Shown piece by piece: positions 11,611 through 25,692 of a stretch of DNA of 64,000 nt. This DNA comes from Trichosphaerium sp. ATCC 40318. Taxonomy: Eukaryota; Protista; Tubulinea. The translations under genes and the position numbers were made by a program. The stretch's first letter is position 1. Each line of letters begins with the position of its first letter. The notes beneath the pieces are model-generated. The model searched no databases. It had not been told where the DNA came from and worked only from the letters and a program-made list of their open reading frames with translations. The DNA is taken from the NCBI GenBank assembly GCA_038496445.1, contig JALMLS010000079.1:1-64000 (forward strand), written 5' to 3'.

Positions 11611-13901
11611 ATGGCGTCGCAACCAGCTACTGGACCTCGTAGAGAGTCCTCAGCGCAGTCTTTAAAGAGTAAACAGCGTTCTGCCGATTTGTTACAAGTT
11701 GTACGTACCAAGCTCTGTTTGTCGTTTCAATGGTAACGTTAGACGTAGGTGAAGCTATTGAAACGATTAACACAAGCTTCAGAACTCGATCGAACAGCTT
11801 TACATAAAGCCAAAGTAGCTATTAACTCAATAGTGGCAACGACAGGCACCAGAAAAAGACAATCAAATGTCAATTTAAGCTAAAACGTTTTGTAGACGAC
11901 AGTAAAGCAAACCATCATTTTTTAAAGCGCGCTGAGCGTTTAAGAGCGCGTATATTGTTCATAGAGTCAAAGGATCGCTTATTACGCGACCCTTTGTATC
12001 GCGTTAGACACGTAGAGAATGCACCAACAGTATTGAAAGGAGAGCTTAGTAAACAAGGCATGGTGAAGTGGAGGAAACGGTATTTTCAACAAGTAGGATT
12101 TCGACTATTTTATTTCGAGAATGCGTACAGTCACAAGGCGCTTGGTGCAATAGACTTAGAGCTGGTAAGATGTCAATGTTAAAATTTTTTTCCGAAAACT
12201 TGTTGGTTTGTTGGCCAAAATGCTCAAAAAATATTTTGACACGCAATTGATTGATACTGTCGCATGTTTTGAACCTTTTGGTATTTGTTGTTGATGGAAA
12301 AAGTGATTCTTACATTTGTTTATAAAGGTCGAACTCATCACACCTTCTGGACGTGAAAATAGCTTTAAAGTCAGTACTACCTTGCGTACTTACCACTTCC
12401 AAATCGTCCAAGGGCCAGGATCACAAGATGTTCAGTGGTATGTTCCTAAAAAACAGCGAAAAACTAGGACATCGTAATTTTGTTTTTGGGGTTAAAAATC
12501 TCGGCTCATTTTTGGTTTAGGTGGATGGACGAAATGTTAAGATGGAGAGAATTCATCAAGCAAAGAAAGTACAATTTTGGAAAAGCCAACACAACGTATG
12601 TTGTCCTCAAAGCGCCGAAGAAATATTCTTCATAAAACAATCGATATTTCTTCATTAAATTTTTTTTTGATTTTACTCAACGCGTGGAGTATCACGTGGT
12701 CTTTAATATTAATTTTTTTCCTACGATAGGTATTCACCTGAAAGACAAAGCGAAAATAGAGAGTATAAGGATAAACTAGACCAGGAAATACAATTGCAAC
12801 AAGACAAGATCCAAACAATGAACAATCAAATCCATCACGCCAAACTACAGCTTTCACAGCAAGCTGCACGTCAGCGTAATGAATTAGAAGTAAGACAACA
12901 ACGTGCACGCGATAACTTGGATAACGTAAAGGCCGAACGCCTAGACTTGCTCTCAAAGATTTCAGAGGTACGTACTGCACATGTTTGTCAAAGTGATGGG
13001 ATCCTAACTCATTCACAAGAGTGTCGAAATGTTGGAAGAGTTTGAGAGAGATCTTCTTGAAGCTGAAGTGAACGTAGAAGTCTTGAACTACGAAAAGGAA
13101 ATCAAACAAGCGACAGAGAAGAATTTGATGGACTTGTTAGCTTCTTCAAGAAGAGAACTAACTACTGCAGAGTCTAGCCTTAAAGTTTTGAAAAGAGTTA
13201 AACTAGAGCGAGGCGGTGGCATTAATAGGAACTTTACAGCGTCTAATCAAATAGAAGCACAGTATATCATGCTACAAGATCGAATAGAGACACAAAAGCA
13301 AAAGAATAGAGTTCAACAAGCAGAGAACGCATTGGTATTTATTAGAGTACGCAATGAGATTCTTGAGTTTTCTTTCTTGACTTTTTTGCTTACATCTTGT
13401 TGTTGTAGAGAGATCAACTAGAGCTTATCACTGAGAATAAGATTAAAGCAGGTGAAGCGTTACGTGGTATATTAGAAGAACGGTTAAAGGAAATAGAAAA
13501 GCAAACATTACAGATAAACATCAAAATAGCAGAACAGCAGGTACTAACTTTTTTTTATTCCTATTTTATTCTTTCTTTGACAGATTTCATCAGGGTGGTG
13601 ATGAGTCAGAATTGGCAACATACCAAGATCTACACAGGAGGTACGCATCCTTTAGTAAACATGGTGATTAGGTAGACTAACAGTATTGCTTTCAAAGGTA
13701 CTTCCATTCATTGGCTGTTCACGAAAAATTTTTACGTCTTCAACGTGGTGAGCAAGCCAACATCAACTTGTCAGCGTTGTATGAAGAAGCACATAAGGTA
13801 AATTGTGAATTCACATCATTCTACTAGATTTTGAATGCTTACTAGTTATGTATTAGGTTCCTATTGATGAGTGGCCTCAGTGGATACGTGACGCCAAGTA
13901 A
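11611..13901 (+). CDS. PH-domain coiled-coil protein
   Basis: LKGELSKQGMVKWRKRYF...ALGAIDL...RTYHFQ...WMDEM PH signature, long coiled coils, C-terminal YFHSLA...LYEEA...EWPQWI segment. Confidence 0.85.
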
Positions 13902-13985
13902 TGTGATTATAATAATAATAATAAACCCAAAACCAACTAAATTATTTGATAAACAAAAAATATTTTTTGATTTCTTCTGTTAGCA

Positions 13986-16900
13986 CTATTTTTTAACACT
14001 TTGTGGCACAACAACCTTATACTTTTGAGTTGTCAGGCTTAGATTAGTTTCAATCAGGGACTGTAACTGCTCGAAGGGTGTTTCCAAGCTTCCTTCTTTG
14101 GGAACAACCCAAAAAACTGTTGGCAAAGAAATAACTTTACAATTTTTTTTATTATTTAGCTAACATGATAAACACAAATTTACTTCCACGTGATAGATCC
14201 AATGTTGCCGTTATCTTTTGCGCCCTAATAAAAAAGTAAGTACTTTAAAATAAGAGATATCTACAGCGTACATCCATGCGTGTAGTAATGAGCTTACACT
14301 CTTGATTTGGTCTACCGAAGTTGGTAAATATCTTGGTCAATAATGTTGTAGGTCCAGTTAGTGATGCATTGTTTTGAGCAAAGTAGTTTGTTTTTACTTT
14401 AAACTCTCCTTTTATTGCCTTTTTAATGAGGTATTCTTCAGGACCTAGAACACAATCATAAGTAAAAACAAAAGAAAAAAAAAACAAGCAGGAAATCTCT
14501 TCACATGCAGTTCCTTTACTAAAATAAGTATGTACCGTATCCTTGTGTAAAATCACGTGAGCATATTCCGCCTGCCTCTGTTTTACGATGACCATAGTAA
14601 GCTTCTTCACCATTTGGTTCAACAACTAGAACAAGAAGTGAGCATATAACTATGGGCATGTAATTTGTTTTTATCGTCGTACCATGAAGATCCATGTCTG
14701 TGTTGTCAGTGTCCCATTGAAGTGTGATTCGAACATCTACATCGCAACATTGTACAAGTTCTTTTGGTAGCTCTTCAGGGATATCAAGCTTGACATTTTC
14801 GCGCTTGGCTTTAGCGACAATACTATTGAACTCATAAAGAGAAGTAACTAAAAAAAAAAAGAGTTAGTCTATCACAAACAACTTGGAAGTATTTTAGTAC
14901 CTTCGATTTCTTTAAAAGCATCACTCCAGTTCGGTCCTTTGATAACATTCCATAGCAACTCAATGGCACGTTGATACTTTTTAACCTTTTCAAGGACAAG
15001 AGCGAGATCTCTGTGACTCTGTGGTTCATCCGGACGAAGTTTTAAGACTTGCTCAAATATAAGAATAGACAGATCATAAGCACCTTTCTCATCGAGAAGG
15101 TAGCCCATCATACGAAGGAGTTGTGGACTATCAAGGCGTAGTTCACTAATACTAGACAAGATACGAAGGCCTAGTGCTTTCTCATCTAAAGAGAAAAAGT
15201 GATGGGCTACATCCAGATAGAAGGCAGGAGAGTTTCTGTATTTCTCACGCTGATCGAGGTAACAAAAGTATTTGTCTGAAGCTTTTGAATGCTTTTTAAT
15301 CTCGGCTATAAAAAAATCACGTGTCAGCTTAAAGGAGGCCGGTATTTGGATACTTAAAAGACTTGTTGCTTTACTTACTCATATATGGTGTTTTTGGGTC
15401 CCAGAACTGTACTTTGATGGAAGGAGGTGCAGGTCCAGAATTTGATGAACTATTTTTAGATTTTTTTCGCCTTGACATGGTCGACCGCCGAGCAGAACGT
15501 GCTCGAGGAGGTGCTCCACCAAGTGCTCCGCCAGGAGGTGCAGGTGGTGGACATGCTTCGCATGCCATTGGCTAAACAAAGTCGTCAGATAATGCTATTG
15601 GCAAACAAAAAGGTAAAGTCTTGGTACTTACAGGAGCAGGTGCCATTGCGCCGAAGCATTCCATTTGAGGCGCCATTGCGCGGCACTGCACTCGAGGTGC
15701 CATTGCGCGGCTACGCTTCGCCTTTACCTCAATTTTAGGCTTAGGATTATATTTAAAGTCTTTTTTCCACCAAGTTATCCTTTCATTCCACCATCCCTAC
15801 AAACCAAGATGAGCTTAAAAAACCAAAAATCTGGGTTGAGTACTTACTCTGACTTGAGCTACTTTCTTTTTCGTCTTAGTGCGTTCTTCGTCTTCCTTTT
15901 GCTTAGTTTGTGAAGTGTACTGTTTGTATATCTGCTTTCTTGAAGGATGAGGCTCAACCTTGTGCTCTATATGTTGTGCGAGTGTCTCAAGTACAAGAAG
16001 AGATGTCCCTGGTGTAACAATACCAAATGTTCTACCAAGGTGAAGAATAGCATCTTTGTTTTGTTCTTGGAATACAGTCAGCATTTCTACCTTTTTATTT
16101 GCATACAGCAAAGGAATCAGTCCTATAGAAAGTTAGTTGAAAGTTGTGGTTTTTGGTATTATACCTGATGCTGTTTCTGCGCTTTTATCTATTGTGACTG
16201 TTGTAGAGTGACGGACATCTTGCTTTCCATAACCGTAGCTTATAGTCACTGTTGTTTTTTGGCATTGAGCGACATCTAATTTACAAGCTAACATGAACTG
16301 TCTACCATTCAAAGGAGTCATCAAAGGAGGTGCAACCTAACTTGGTTTTTAATTTCAAGAGGGTTTTTTTTTCTTTGAAAAATAGATATGATTGATATCT
16401 GTCTTTCACTGTTAGAAATTTACCTCTGCTATCATTGTCTTGTCCTTTGCTGTGAATGATACGAAACCAAGTGTTGTTTTACCAAGGCTGGATATGGAAT
16501 CACGAACATTGCTGTTGTTAACATCAAAGTATCTATGTCGAAATATAAGCGTTCTCCTCTGTTGTTATATCAAGTCTATGATACTATTAAAATAGACAAA
16601 TACCGTACCTTCCACCTGTCGAGTTACTCCAATGCTTCAATAAAGTTGCATTGTTAACTGGACCTGATCCAGAGAAAACATACACTGGTGGTACTGAAAA
16701 CAAAAGGGTAAGCACAATCAATGCATTTTGTCTTTCTTTTTTTTTGTACCTTTTGGATCTAGCACAAATGGTGCGTCATCTTCACCAATTGTACCAAGGC
16801 CATCAGTAAATAGTAAAATATAATCGTATTTCTTTAGGTCGGCATCACGAAGTGTCTGAGAAAGGCGTGTGCCTCCATCGTAGTCAATGTTTGAAATAAA

Positions 16901-19165
16901 GTCAAAAACTTTATCAGGTTTCATTCTCTTTGCTGGTGAGCAAACATGACGAAGAGTGAATATATCAACATCCACACTATCATCTATTTCATCAAGGAAG
17001 GTAGCAAGAAACTTAAACTCAGAAGTCTAAAAAGAAAAGAGTGTTAATCACGTGAGAAAAAAAAAAGTCAAAAAAAAAAAGAGTTGTTTTGAAGTCCCCT
17101 TTTTAGTTACTTACCTTATCAACTTGTTCTCTGCCAAGAGATGCATCCCATACAATAGCTACGCAAGACGGTTCTAATCTCTTAGGTGGTGTGAGATCAA
17201 CATCGGATGGGATTGTGTCTTGACAGACGCAATAGTATGCATCATCAGGTCCTTTTTCAACGAACACTTGAGCAGTTTCTTCTGCTTCGTCTGTTGGTGG
17301 GAATTGTACTGTAAGTGCATTATCCTTTGAGGTAAAGTTTTTTTCCTCTAGAGATAGAGAGCAGGCGTATACGCCTTCAGCAACATTGGTTGTTGTAAAA
17401 GTGTGAGATTTTCCAAGAGAATCTGAAATCACTTTTGGAGACGTTTTTGTCGTTTGTATCACATCCAATGTCACTTTAAATGATTTGAGTGGCTTTGAGA
17501 GATTGATAGGATGCCTAGATATAGTTATATTTTACGGTATAATGAGTTTGTGGCTCAAGACTTACCAATACAAAGTTTGACCTTTTGCGTTTCTGACAAG
17601 TTCAGAGACATATGTGAAACTCACAGTCCTGGTTCCTCCTGCGGCAAAAGGGTATATTCTCGTCTTGAATGAGTTCCCTTTAACGTGCTCCAAAAGACCT
17701 GGATCGACACCTTAAGATAGAAGTGAGAAAAAACGCATTCAATTGTATGGAAGTACCTTTTCGTACTTCATCTTCGAAGATGCGTTTTGCTTTTACTTTC
17801 TCAACAAGAGACGCTGGAACCATTTCACCGCTAATATCTAATGCGTATCCTGATATTGTAGCACCTTCGGGTATTGGAAAGTCAAGTTGGCCTTAAATGT
17901 CAATGAATACATTGGAAGCGGTAAGTTTGAGAGTACCTTCCAAATTGGATTTTTTTGAATTGTTTCTAAAAGTCATGGTTACTGCCGTTTTAGTTAAGAA
18001 ACCGCTGGCTACAGCAATGATGGACATTTCTTCAAGATCTATAGGTTCATCATCCAAACCAGGTACTTTAAGCTATGCAAGGTAAGAACAAAGAAAATCA
18101 ACAAAAAAAAGGTTTTCAACAAAGATAGAGAAGGGTACTCACCGATATCTTCTCAAGCATTGGTGGAACGGTCCATGATGTGCTAGGTATGCCAGAAAGA
18201 TTAAATATAGGATCATTCTGTGCAATGTTTCCCCTTGGCGAGGTAGATTCTGCTGTGAAGATAATTTAGTTAAAAACTTGTCAATGGGTAAGCAAAAATG
18301 ATGTTGTTTTTTCTCAACTGTTTAGGTTTGATTGTCCATACCTTCATCGTCTTCATCAACAATTACAAATTTGCGTTGATCCAGTGTTTTGTCCTTTTGT
18401 CTCCAATAGGCAGATACCTTTAGATAAGATCAATAGGGTGACATGACATAAATTACAAAAAATCCGCAAACTTCATTTTTTGGAAGAAAAAATAATGACA
18501 GTACCTTCAGAGCGTTTGTTGTTGGTGCAACATACTCTTCGCTGGATTTAATGTTTGATTTCCTACCTCCTGTTTTCTTAGAGGTAGTATTGGATCCTTT
18601 GTTCCCTACTAGAGCAAGTGTAACATTGATTTTTCCGACAGACACATTGTTCTTTCCTTTGATTGGAAACTCTTCTGCGAGTGGCTCGTCTTTTGATTTT
18701 AAGCATGATTAGCGAAAATAACACGTAAGGGTACTATTAATTACCTCCCATGTTGTCTTTGTTCAGCTTTACGGTCACCTTGCCGACGCATTTGGTGCTA
18801 AATATGGATCGCTTCTCTAGGATGCGTACGAGAACACCTTCGCATTTATCAGCTGCTCTGTAAGGTTTTAGGTCTTGTACGCTAAGTGACGATTCTAATT
18901 TTTCAAAAAGCGTACACAGCTGTTTGTAGATCGAATGGCGGTTCATTGGTGCCTTTATACCATTTCGTTTTAAACGTTGCTGTAAATTAGATAAATAGCG
19001 CGTATTTTACGGTTTATGTACCCATAACGCGTCCGGAACCTTCTATAAAGCTAACTTCGGCGCATACCTTCTTCTTGGATGGCACTGTAGCAGTACCCAC
19101 TATACAAGAGTTAAAACAACTGTAACCTACTAGTTATGTTACATACGAGTGGCGCTGAGTTTCAT
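13986..19165 (-). CDS. C2-domain(s)-VIT-vWA-TPR-DUF2135(YfaP-like) protein
   Basis: N-terminal C2-like exons; VIT ([12 protein letters not shown]...[17 protein letters not shown]...DPGLLE...FKTRIYP); vWA (IVWDASL, DGGT, LLFTDG); [12 protein letters not shown]; TPR ([15 protein letters not shown]); [18 protein letters not shown] and GPEEY. Confidence 0.85.
15637..15711 (-). repeat. Three imperfect 27-30 nt coding repeats ([R/G]AMAP)
   Basis: aggtgccattgcgc, gaggcgccattgcgcggc and gaggtgccattgcgcggc on the + strand. Confidence 0.75.
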
Positions 19166-19685
19166 GCTTGTAAGTTTTCTTATTTTTGAAGTTTGGGTTT
19201 CGGTCTTTGTAAAACCAAAAAAGCCATAGTTCACTGAAAAAAGCCAGAATATCCAAGTTATGTTTGTGGAGTTACTATGCAAGCTACTATACTTGCACAT
19301 TACCCAGGCCCAAGGAACTTCTTAGCGCATATAACAATTTACATAGATACCATTGTTTACTGTAAACTAGTTCACTGAAGACGTCATATGAGCCTCCAAA
19401 GAAATCAGTTTGTAAACCATGAGCAGCTTCGAAGTGCATAGATATAATTGGGAACAAAAGAGTGTACCGCAGGCATGTAACAATCCAACATTTGCAGAAC
19501 AATTATATAGTTCTTGTAAATTCACTTCGACCAGCACATGTCGTTTGTTAGGAGACCATTGTCCAATCATGTGGATACAAGATGCTCACAGATTTGTTAT
19601 TTTTGTACCGCAATCACATAGGCGACTATGTGTCACAGGTATGTCAACGCAACATGTAGTTACACGGCCGACAAAGGTTTTTATT

Positions 19686-21303
19686 TTACAATACCATAGA
19701 GGTTGGTACTTCATGAAACAGCTTTTTATGGCAACTTCTTCTGCCATGCTTTGAGTAGCGATAGGCTTTACCCTTAAAGACCTGTTTTAAAGCATACTGG
19801 ATAAAAACATCATTGAAAGTTACAACATGAACGTCCTCTAGTGCTCTATTGCCTATTCTATATCGTGCAGAAATATCGACGGCATAGAAAATACGGTTAT
19901 GGAATAAAGCACGAATTTCTTCGTGTGTCACATTTTCACACTCATTAAGGCCAATAGTATGAACACCAGCAAGTGCTTCAACACCTTTTTTGGTTACTAA
20001 AGTGCCATCTAGATTAATAGCATAAACACCAGCAAGCGCTTTGACACCTTCATCAGTAACAGAGGTATGTGCAAGATCAATCGCATACACACCAGCGAGC
20101 GCTTTGATGCCTTCATCTGTAACAGACGTGTCCCGAAGATTAATAACATGAACACCAGCAAGCTCTTTTACAGCGTCATCTGTAACAGAGGTGTTGTCCA
20201 GGAAAATAGTATGTGCACCTTTCAGTACTTTAATACCCTCATCTGTCACGTTTTTGCAATGACTAAGGTAGATTGTATGAACTCCTCCTAGCGCTTTGAT
20301 AGATGAATCTGTTAGGGAAGTATAAGAAAGATCAATAGCATGGACACCACACAAATACTGTATGCTTTCATCTGTTATGTATTTACATTGTGAAAGGTCA
20401 AGTGTATGGACTCCTTTCAATGATTTTATACCTTCATCTGTTACTCTACAATCTGCAAGGCTAATGTCATGAACACCTGACAGCGCTTTAATACCTTCAT
20501 CTGTTACGGAAGTATAAGAAAGATCAATAGTATGAACGCCACTCAAATGTTTTATGCCTTCATCAGTTATTCGTTCGCACCTTTTGAGACGAATTGAACG
20601 AACACCAGAAAGTTCTTTGAGATCAAAATCATTGATGACTGTGTTTGGTTTTGTATAACTGGTAATACGTGTTGGAACAATATGTCTACAGCCTTGTAAT
20701 AGTGAATACAAACTATTGTTCTTGACTTCCATAGTGACAATAGTATTGGTCATTATACCTTTGTACTGTCTGATCTTTATAATATCTGGAATGTCATATA
20801 TATAAACCCTTTTATATCCAACAATATCATGGATTATATCAGCCATTAAACGACATGATTGGGCAACCTTAAATCTTGTCTTTTGTTCAGTATGATGTAG
20901 AATACTTGAAATAACTTCTTGAGGAAAGTTGATAATATTAACTTGTTCACGGCTTGTTGTATTTGTTCTTTATTGTTATGTTAGTAGGTACGTATTTGAT
21001 ACTATTTAAGGCGTACTCTCTTCTTTGTTTTATCTTTGGCAATAGCATGTCCTCCGATTGTGCTACACGTGCTTGTTGGTGGGTAGAATGTACTTTGTTC
21101 TCTTTTGTACCATTACTGCTTGTATTTTTGAAGAGGTATTGGTCTAGTTGTTGCATAAGGCTCTTGTTTGAAACGTCTAGGATACTTTCAAGTTTGTTTA
21201 CGAACTCTTCACGTTGTTTTCCGATGATTTTACTAAAAGTTTCTGCATGCTTATTGCAATAGTATGTGATTGCTTGATCAACTGAAACGCGAGGATAATT
21301 CAT
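19686..21303 (-). CDS. F-box/LRR protein, full length, one intron (20968-21016)
   Basis: ORF 20947-21303 is joined by a GTACGC...TACTAAC...AAG intron to an F-box (IINFPQEVISSIL...RFKVAQSCRLM) and about 11 LRRs. Confidence 0.85.
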
Positions 21304-21761
21304 GATATGATGCTGGTAAAGTTGCTAAAACGTTAGTGCTCAAACTTTCGTTGACTGTGTACTAGCTTTACTTTCGTAATTACATTCTTACAGTGTCTAC
21401 ATTTATCATCAGGATTCTGTTAAGGCTCGCATGAACTTGAGTTTCACCATGAGCATCAAGGAAATTATACTCACTTGTATCGCATTTTTTGACAGTATCT
21501 TTTGCTGGCTACTAAAAGCTAAAACGCCCACCTCTATCCATTCGGATACCGAAACCCAATCACGATCCGGAAAACAATGTGTTGCAGTGAGGTTGGTTTT
21601 TACTAATTTACAGCTGCTTGTACTGCTCTGTGAGTGGCTAATATCATGTGACATTCTACACCTGCGTCGTCACCATACCAATTTGGTTTTTAGTGTTCAA
21701 GACATCGAGGGGTTCTTCTGTCGATGCGTTGACATGAGTCTGGGCGAAAGCAGTAACAGTT

Positions 21762-24525
21762 TTATTTCTTTTGCGACTTTTTTGAAACAGTTTTACCCTC
21801 TCCTTTGTGCTTACGACTATCCTTCTTGGACATTGCTGTTCTATCACGTTGTCCCTGACCACCTTCCCAGAACTGTTTACCAGGTGGCTTAGTCATGTTT
21901 CTACCACATCCATTACACGTGTCAGTAACAGACATTTTTGTAGCGCAAAAGCTATATAAATAAGTTTAGCTGTCTTTTAAAAAAATAAACCACGCACCCG
22001 CACATGACCTTGTTGGCACGAGTAGACTTCTCGGGCATGTCGCACTCTGCATCTATTACAAAATGAGATTTAGCGTCTATTGATGAACATACCATGGCAT
22101 TTATCGCAAGGAAACCATCGTGAGCAACATGGGAATTTAAAATATCTGGCAAAAACGTTAGGACGATTGAGTTGTTTTTTGAAGAGTGTACCTGTAGGAT
22201 CTATTGTAGTGTTTGCATGTTCCATTACTAGGAAGAGGCTTCCCTCTGACAATACCTGCAAGGTAAGGATCACGTGTTGCTTTTTTACCCTTTCTTTGGG
22301 CAACAGCATCGAGGTCAACATTAGCTATACCCTTCGAAATCTTTTAAACGATAATCTATGCAAACAAATTAGTCGGCAAACGAAGTTTCCAAAACTCAAA
22401 AAACGCCGAGCGTACTTGTCTATTGTTACTTTGATTCGTTGATGGCACTTCCTACATTGCTTTGTAGTAGGTGTTTCAACTATACCTTTATTCTTTATAA
22501 CAATAGGATCCTCACATGTAGCACACGTGGCTCTATAAAATATCACGTGTAAGAAAATAATTCAAGGAGATGGCAATGTTCAACTTACTTAATATTAGCT
22601 GACGACAAATAGAATGGATTACACCCTTCAATGTCTAGGTATCCTAAACTATTACATGCTCTATGTACATACTCTAACGATCGTGGTTAGAGTTGTTGAC
22701 ACTATAAATTCAAGTAGATTACGCACGTGGCCGGAATTTGATGTAGTAAGCACCTCTGCATTTTTCACATGTTTTTGTGAAATGTGTATTTTGAGCAAGA
22801 ATGACTTGATGCTCCTTACTACATCGTGCACACTTCACCACAAGCTTCAATGTGGTAGTGGTAAATATATCAGTGCCAACAAGGGATACTGTATCCAGAA
22901 TCAATTGAGTGCCTTCGTGGGGCGTATCAAGGTCGGGATCCTCATCGCTCTCTGTAGTTTCTTCTTCTTCTTGCTGTGTAACGCCTTCAACTTCTGGGGT
23001 CTCTACAGCATCCTCTTCATCGCTAAAGGATATGTAAGATTCAAATATCATAACAGGGATTATATGTACCTCGAAAAGCTATCAAGCAACATACTTTGGA
23101 TGATACTTTCGTTAATATTTTTAATAACTGTGTCAGGTGATTCTGGCACTTTGGCTTTTGGATAAACAATCTCAATACCCTGTGTCTCACCTTTAGAAAG
23201 ACGTAAACAATTGTACTACAGGGGTGGTGCATTTATTTTAACGTACAACTCTTCATGAACTTTTCATGAGCATCTCTTGTTTCATCCAAAGCACGCTCGA
23301 TATTAACGCGCAAGAACAAAATTACACCTACGTAGGAGGTTAACGAAAAAGTCAAATCTAAAACTGAAAGTGAACTGTTTTTTGAATCTTGCCGTTAATC
23401 ATCGGTTTACCAATATACGTGGTAGATATTCTAGTATCTAGCGAGTTTAAGAGAGCACTAATTTTTTGTGAGTATATCGATAAAAGCCAAAATTGTTTTT
23501 ATGGCTTACTGTTTTGTATCATCAGAAATATTATCATTCAATAAAGTAACTTTGCAAGGAACTGTTGGGTAATTTTCTGGCATGCATACTTGAAGATTGA
23601 GCTCCTTTACACGTTTATCACGCGTTTCTACTGTTAAATTAAATGTTATGGGATACGTTTCGCTGTAAAAAATGAGTAAGAATAAAGGGAGAAAGGGCTT
23701 TTTTTTTTGAACGCTGCCTTATCAATTCAAATTGTATCTTTCCAAATTTTTCTTTTATTTTATCGATTTCTTCCTTAAATGGCATCTCAGGCTTTTCTTT
23801 AGAAGCGTTACTTAGTCTCTAAGCAATAAAGTAAGCTCTTTAATTAGATACAGACTGTTATCCACACTTACTTTAGCAACACGACGTAAAAACTTCGCGT
23901 TAGGCAAAGTAGCCGAAAATGGTTCGCCATAAAACTCAAAATCCTTCAATACCTGGCCACGTGGGTTAACATGTGCGCATACAATATGACATTAAATACG
24001 TACTTTGATAGCGTTCAATGCTGCAGATGCTGTTTTAAAGGTGATATAACCCTTACCAGTGCTCTTGGATCGGTTCATGTGGATGCAACATGAGACGCTG
24101 AAAAATAGTTACGAACTGTTTTGCTTTTAAATTTGTTTAACTAACGTTTCTTCTCCTGTTTTATCTTCTACAAGTATTTTGAGTTGGTCTTCGGGAACGA
24201 GAGAGTGTAATTTGGTAAACTAAGACACTTGTTAGTTATTTTTTAACGGTAGAGCTCTAGATGCTCAGTATCGGTCTACCTTAATTTTAAAGTCGTCTGG
24301 GGTTAATGCGCGGCCGCCATTCATATTACCAAGCGGGTTGGCTTGTTTTGGTTTGCCACGCCCTCTACCCCTTCCCCTCCCTCTTCCACTACCTCTACCA
24401 CGATGTTGCCGCTTTCCATCACTATTTCTTGTCTGTTGTTGGCTATTTTGCTGTTGTGTTGTTTGATGCCCTTCTCCTGACCTATCTCACAGTTATATGC
24501 GCATAAATAATAGTTCTTACTGCAT
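21762..24525 (-). CDS. RG-repeat/RRM/RWD-like/Cys-rich protein with C-terminal CHY zinc finger
   Basis: RGRG tract; RRM (GKGYITF); RWD-like (MPENYPTVP); CxxC pairs; CKHY...FPCCSRWFPCDKCH...MCG; FWEGGQGQRD. Confidence 0.8.
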
Positions 24526-25186
24526 GACAGGTTACGGTCTGGCTCTTGAAGGATTTTTGAATGGCTAAAACAAATGCTACTTTTCAATGAAACCATCGTC
24601 ATTTATTCTCGTACAAACAACCTTTCACATTTTCTCTTTACACATTAACCACACACGAGAAGCTGCACTTTCTAGGTGCGCACAAATCCGATTTATCGCC
24701 AGTGTTTGTACCGAATAGAACGACAAAAGAAAGTACAGCTTACTTCCATTAGATTCACGTGTTTTTGTGATCTACAATCAGATTGGAGAAGAGAATAAGT
24801 CTCACTCAGCTTTGATCCCTGGATCATGTAGCCAGGGACCCTTTCCATTTCTTAAATTGGAGCTATCTCTTGTGCAACACATTACATAATCAATTGAAAC
24901 TTACAATAAACACGCGACAAACACAACAATATAATAGCAATGTGTCTACAATTGACCGCTGTCATACCACTCTTTGCGTTCCCTTGAAGTTCATCACAAT
25001 TGTAAAATGATCCAATACTTGCCAATTATCCATTCTTATGCCACATGCAATCTCTTTCCTTATATTTGTCAATAAAATGTCCATGCCATTACATTTGACC
25101 ACCGTACCAACATTTGTCAACTGAGGATTGAACCATTAATGTAATACAAATATGCATACTTTACCATTTGTTGGAACGGTCCGCTA

Positions 25187-25614
25187 CTGTTTTTCTGAAG
25201 GATGATATCTGTAATTATTCATGACACCCCGTATTGTCGCATCTTTAGGATATCTGGAATACAAGCTAGATATGCCCTGCTGTATCTAACAATATGATGA
25301 ATAATATCAGACATCAAATGACAAGATTGAGCAATTGAAAATCTATCTTGTCCTTTTGTATTTCTTAGAATATTCGTAATAGCTTCAACTGGAAAATCCA
25401 AATTAGTGGCTTCCTCTTTAGGTTGTACACTAAGTGATACTATCACCAGCATCAATGTATTTGACGCATCTAACACACGTTCAACCTGTTTTATGAATGA
25501 ATCATGTTGTTTTGAAGTGATTTTACCAAACGCTTCTCTACGGTTACTACGGTAATAGGCAAGCGCTTGGTCAACTGAAACACTTATGAAATTCATCGGT
25601 TTTAGTGGTTCCAA
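25187..25614 (-). pseudogene. Truncated, frameshifted F-box/LRR paralog
   Basis: N-terminus (VSVDQALAYY) and F-box are homologous to 19686-21303. A 1-nt deletion at TAC-GG-GGT-GTC-ATG-AAT-AAT shifts Y(K)GVMNN out of frame, and no LRRs follow. Confidence 0.75.
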
Positions 25615-25692
25615 TATTGCTCCCTCGAAAATAAGCGAAATTGACCAAAATTTACACCAACAAAAAAAAAAGTGAACAAAGCTAGTTTTGGT

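Noticed and set aside
24676-24889. Possible small spliced + strand gene or hairpin (TCCCTGG/CCAGGGA)
   Set aside because: No clear start codon or recognisable product, and a single 7-bp stem is within chance.
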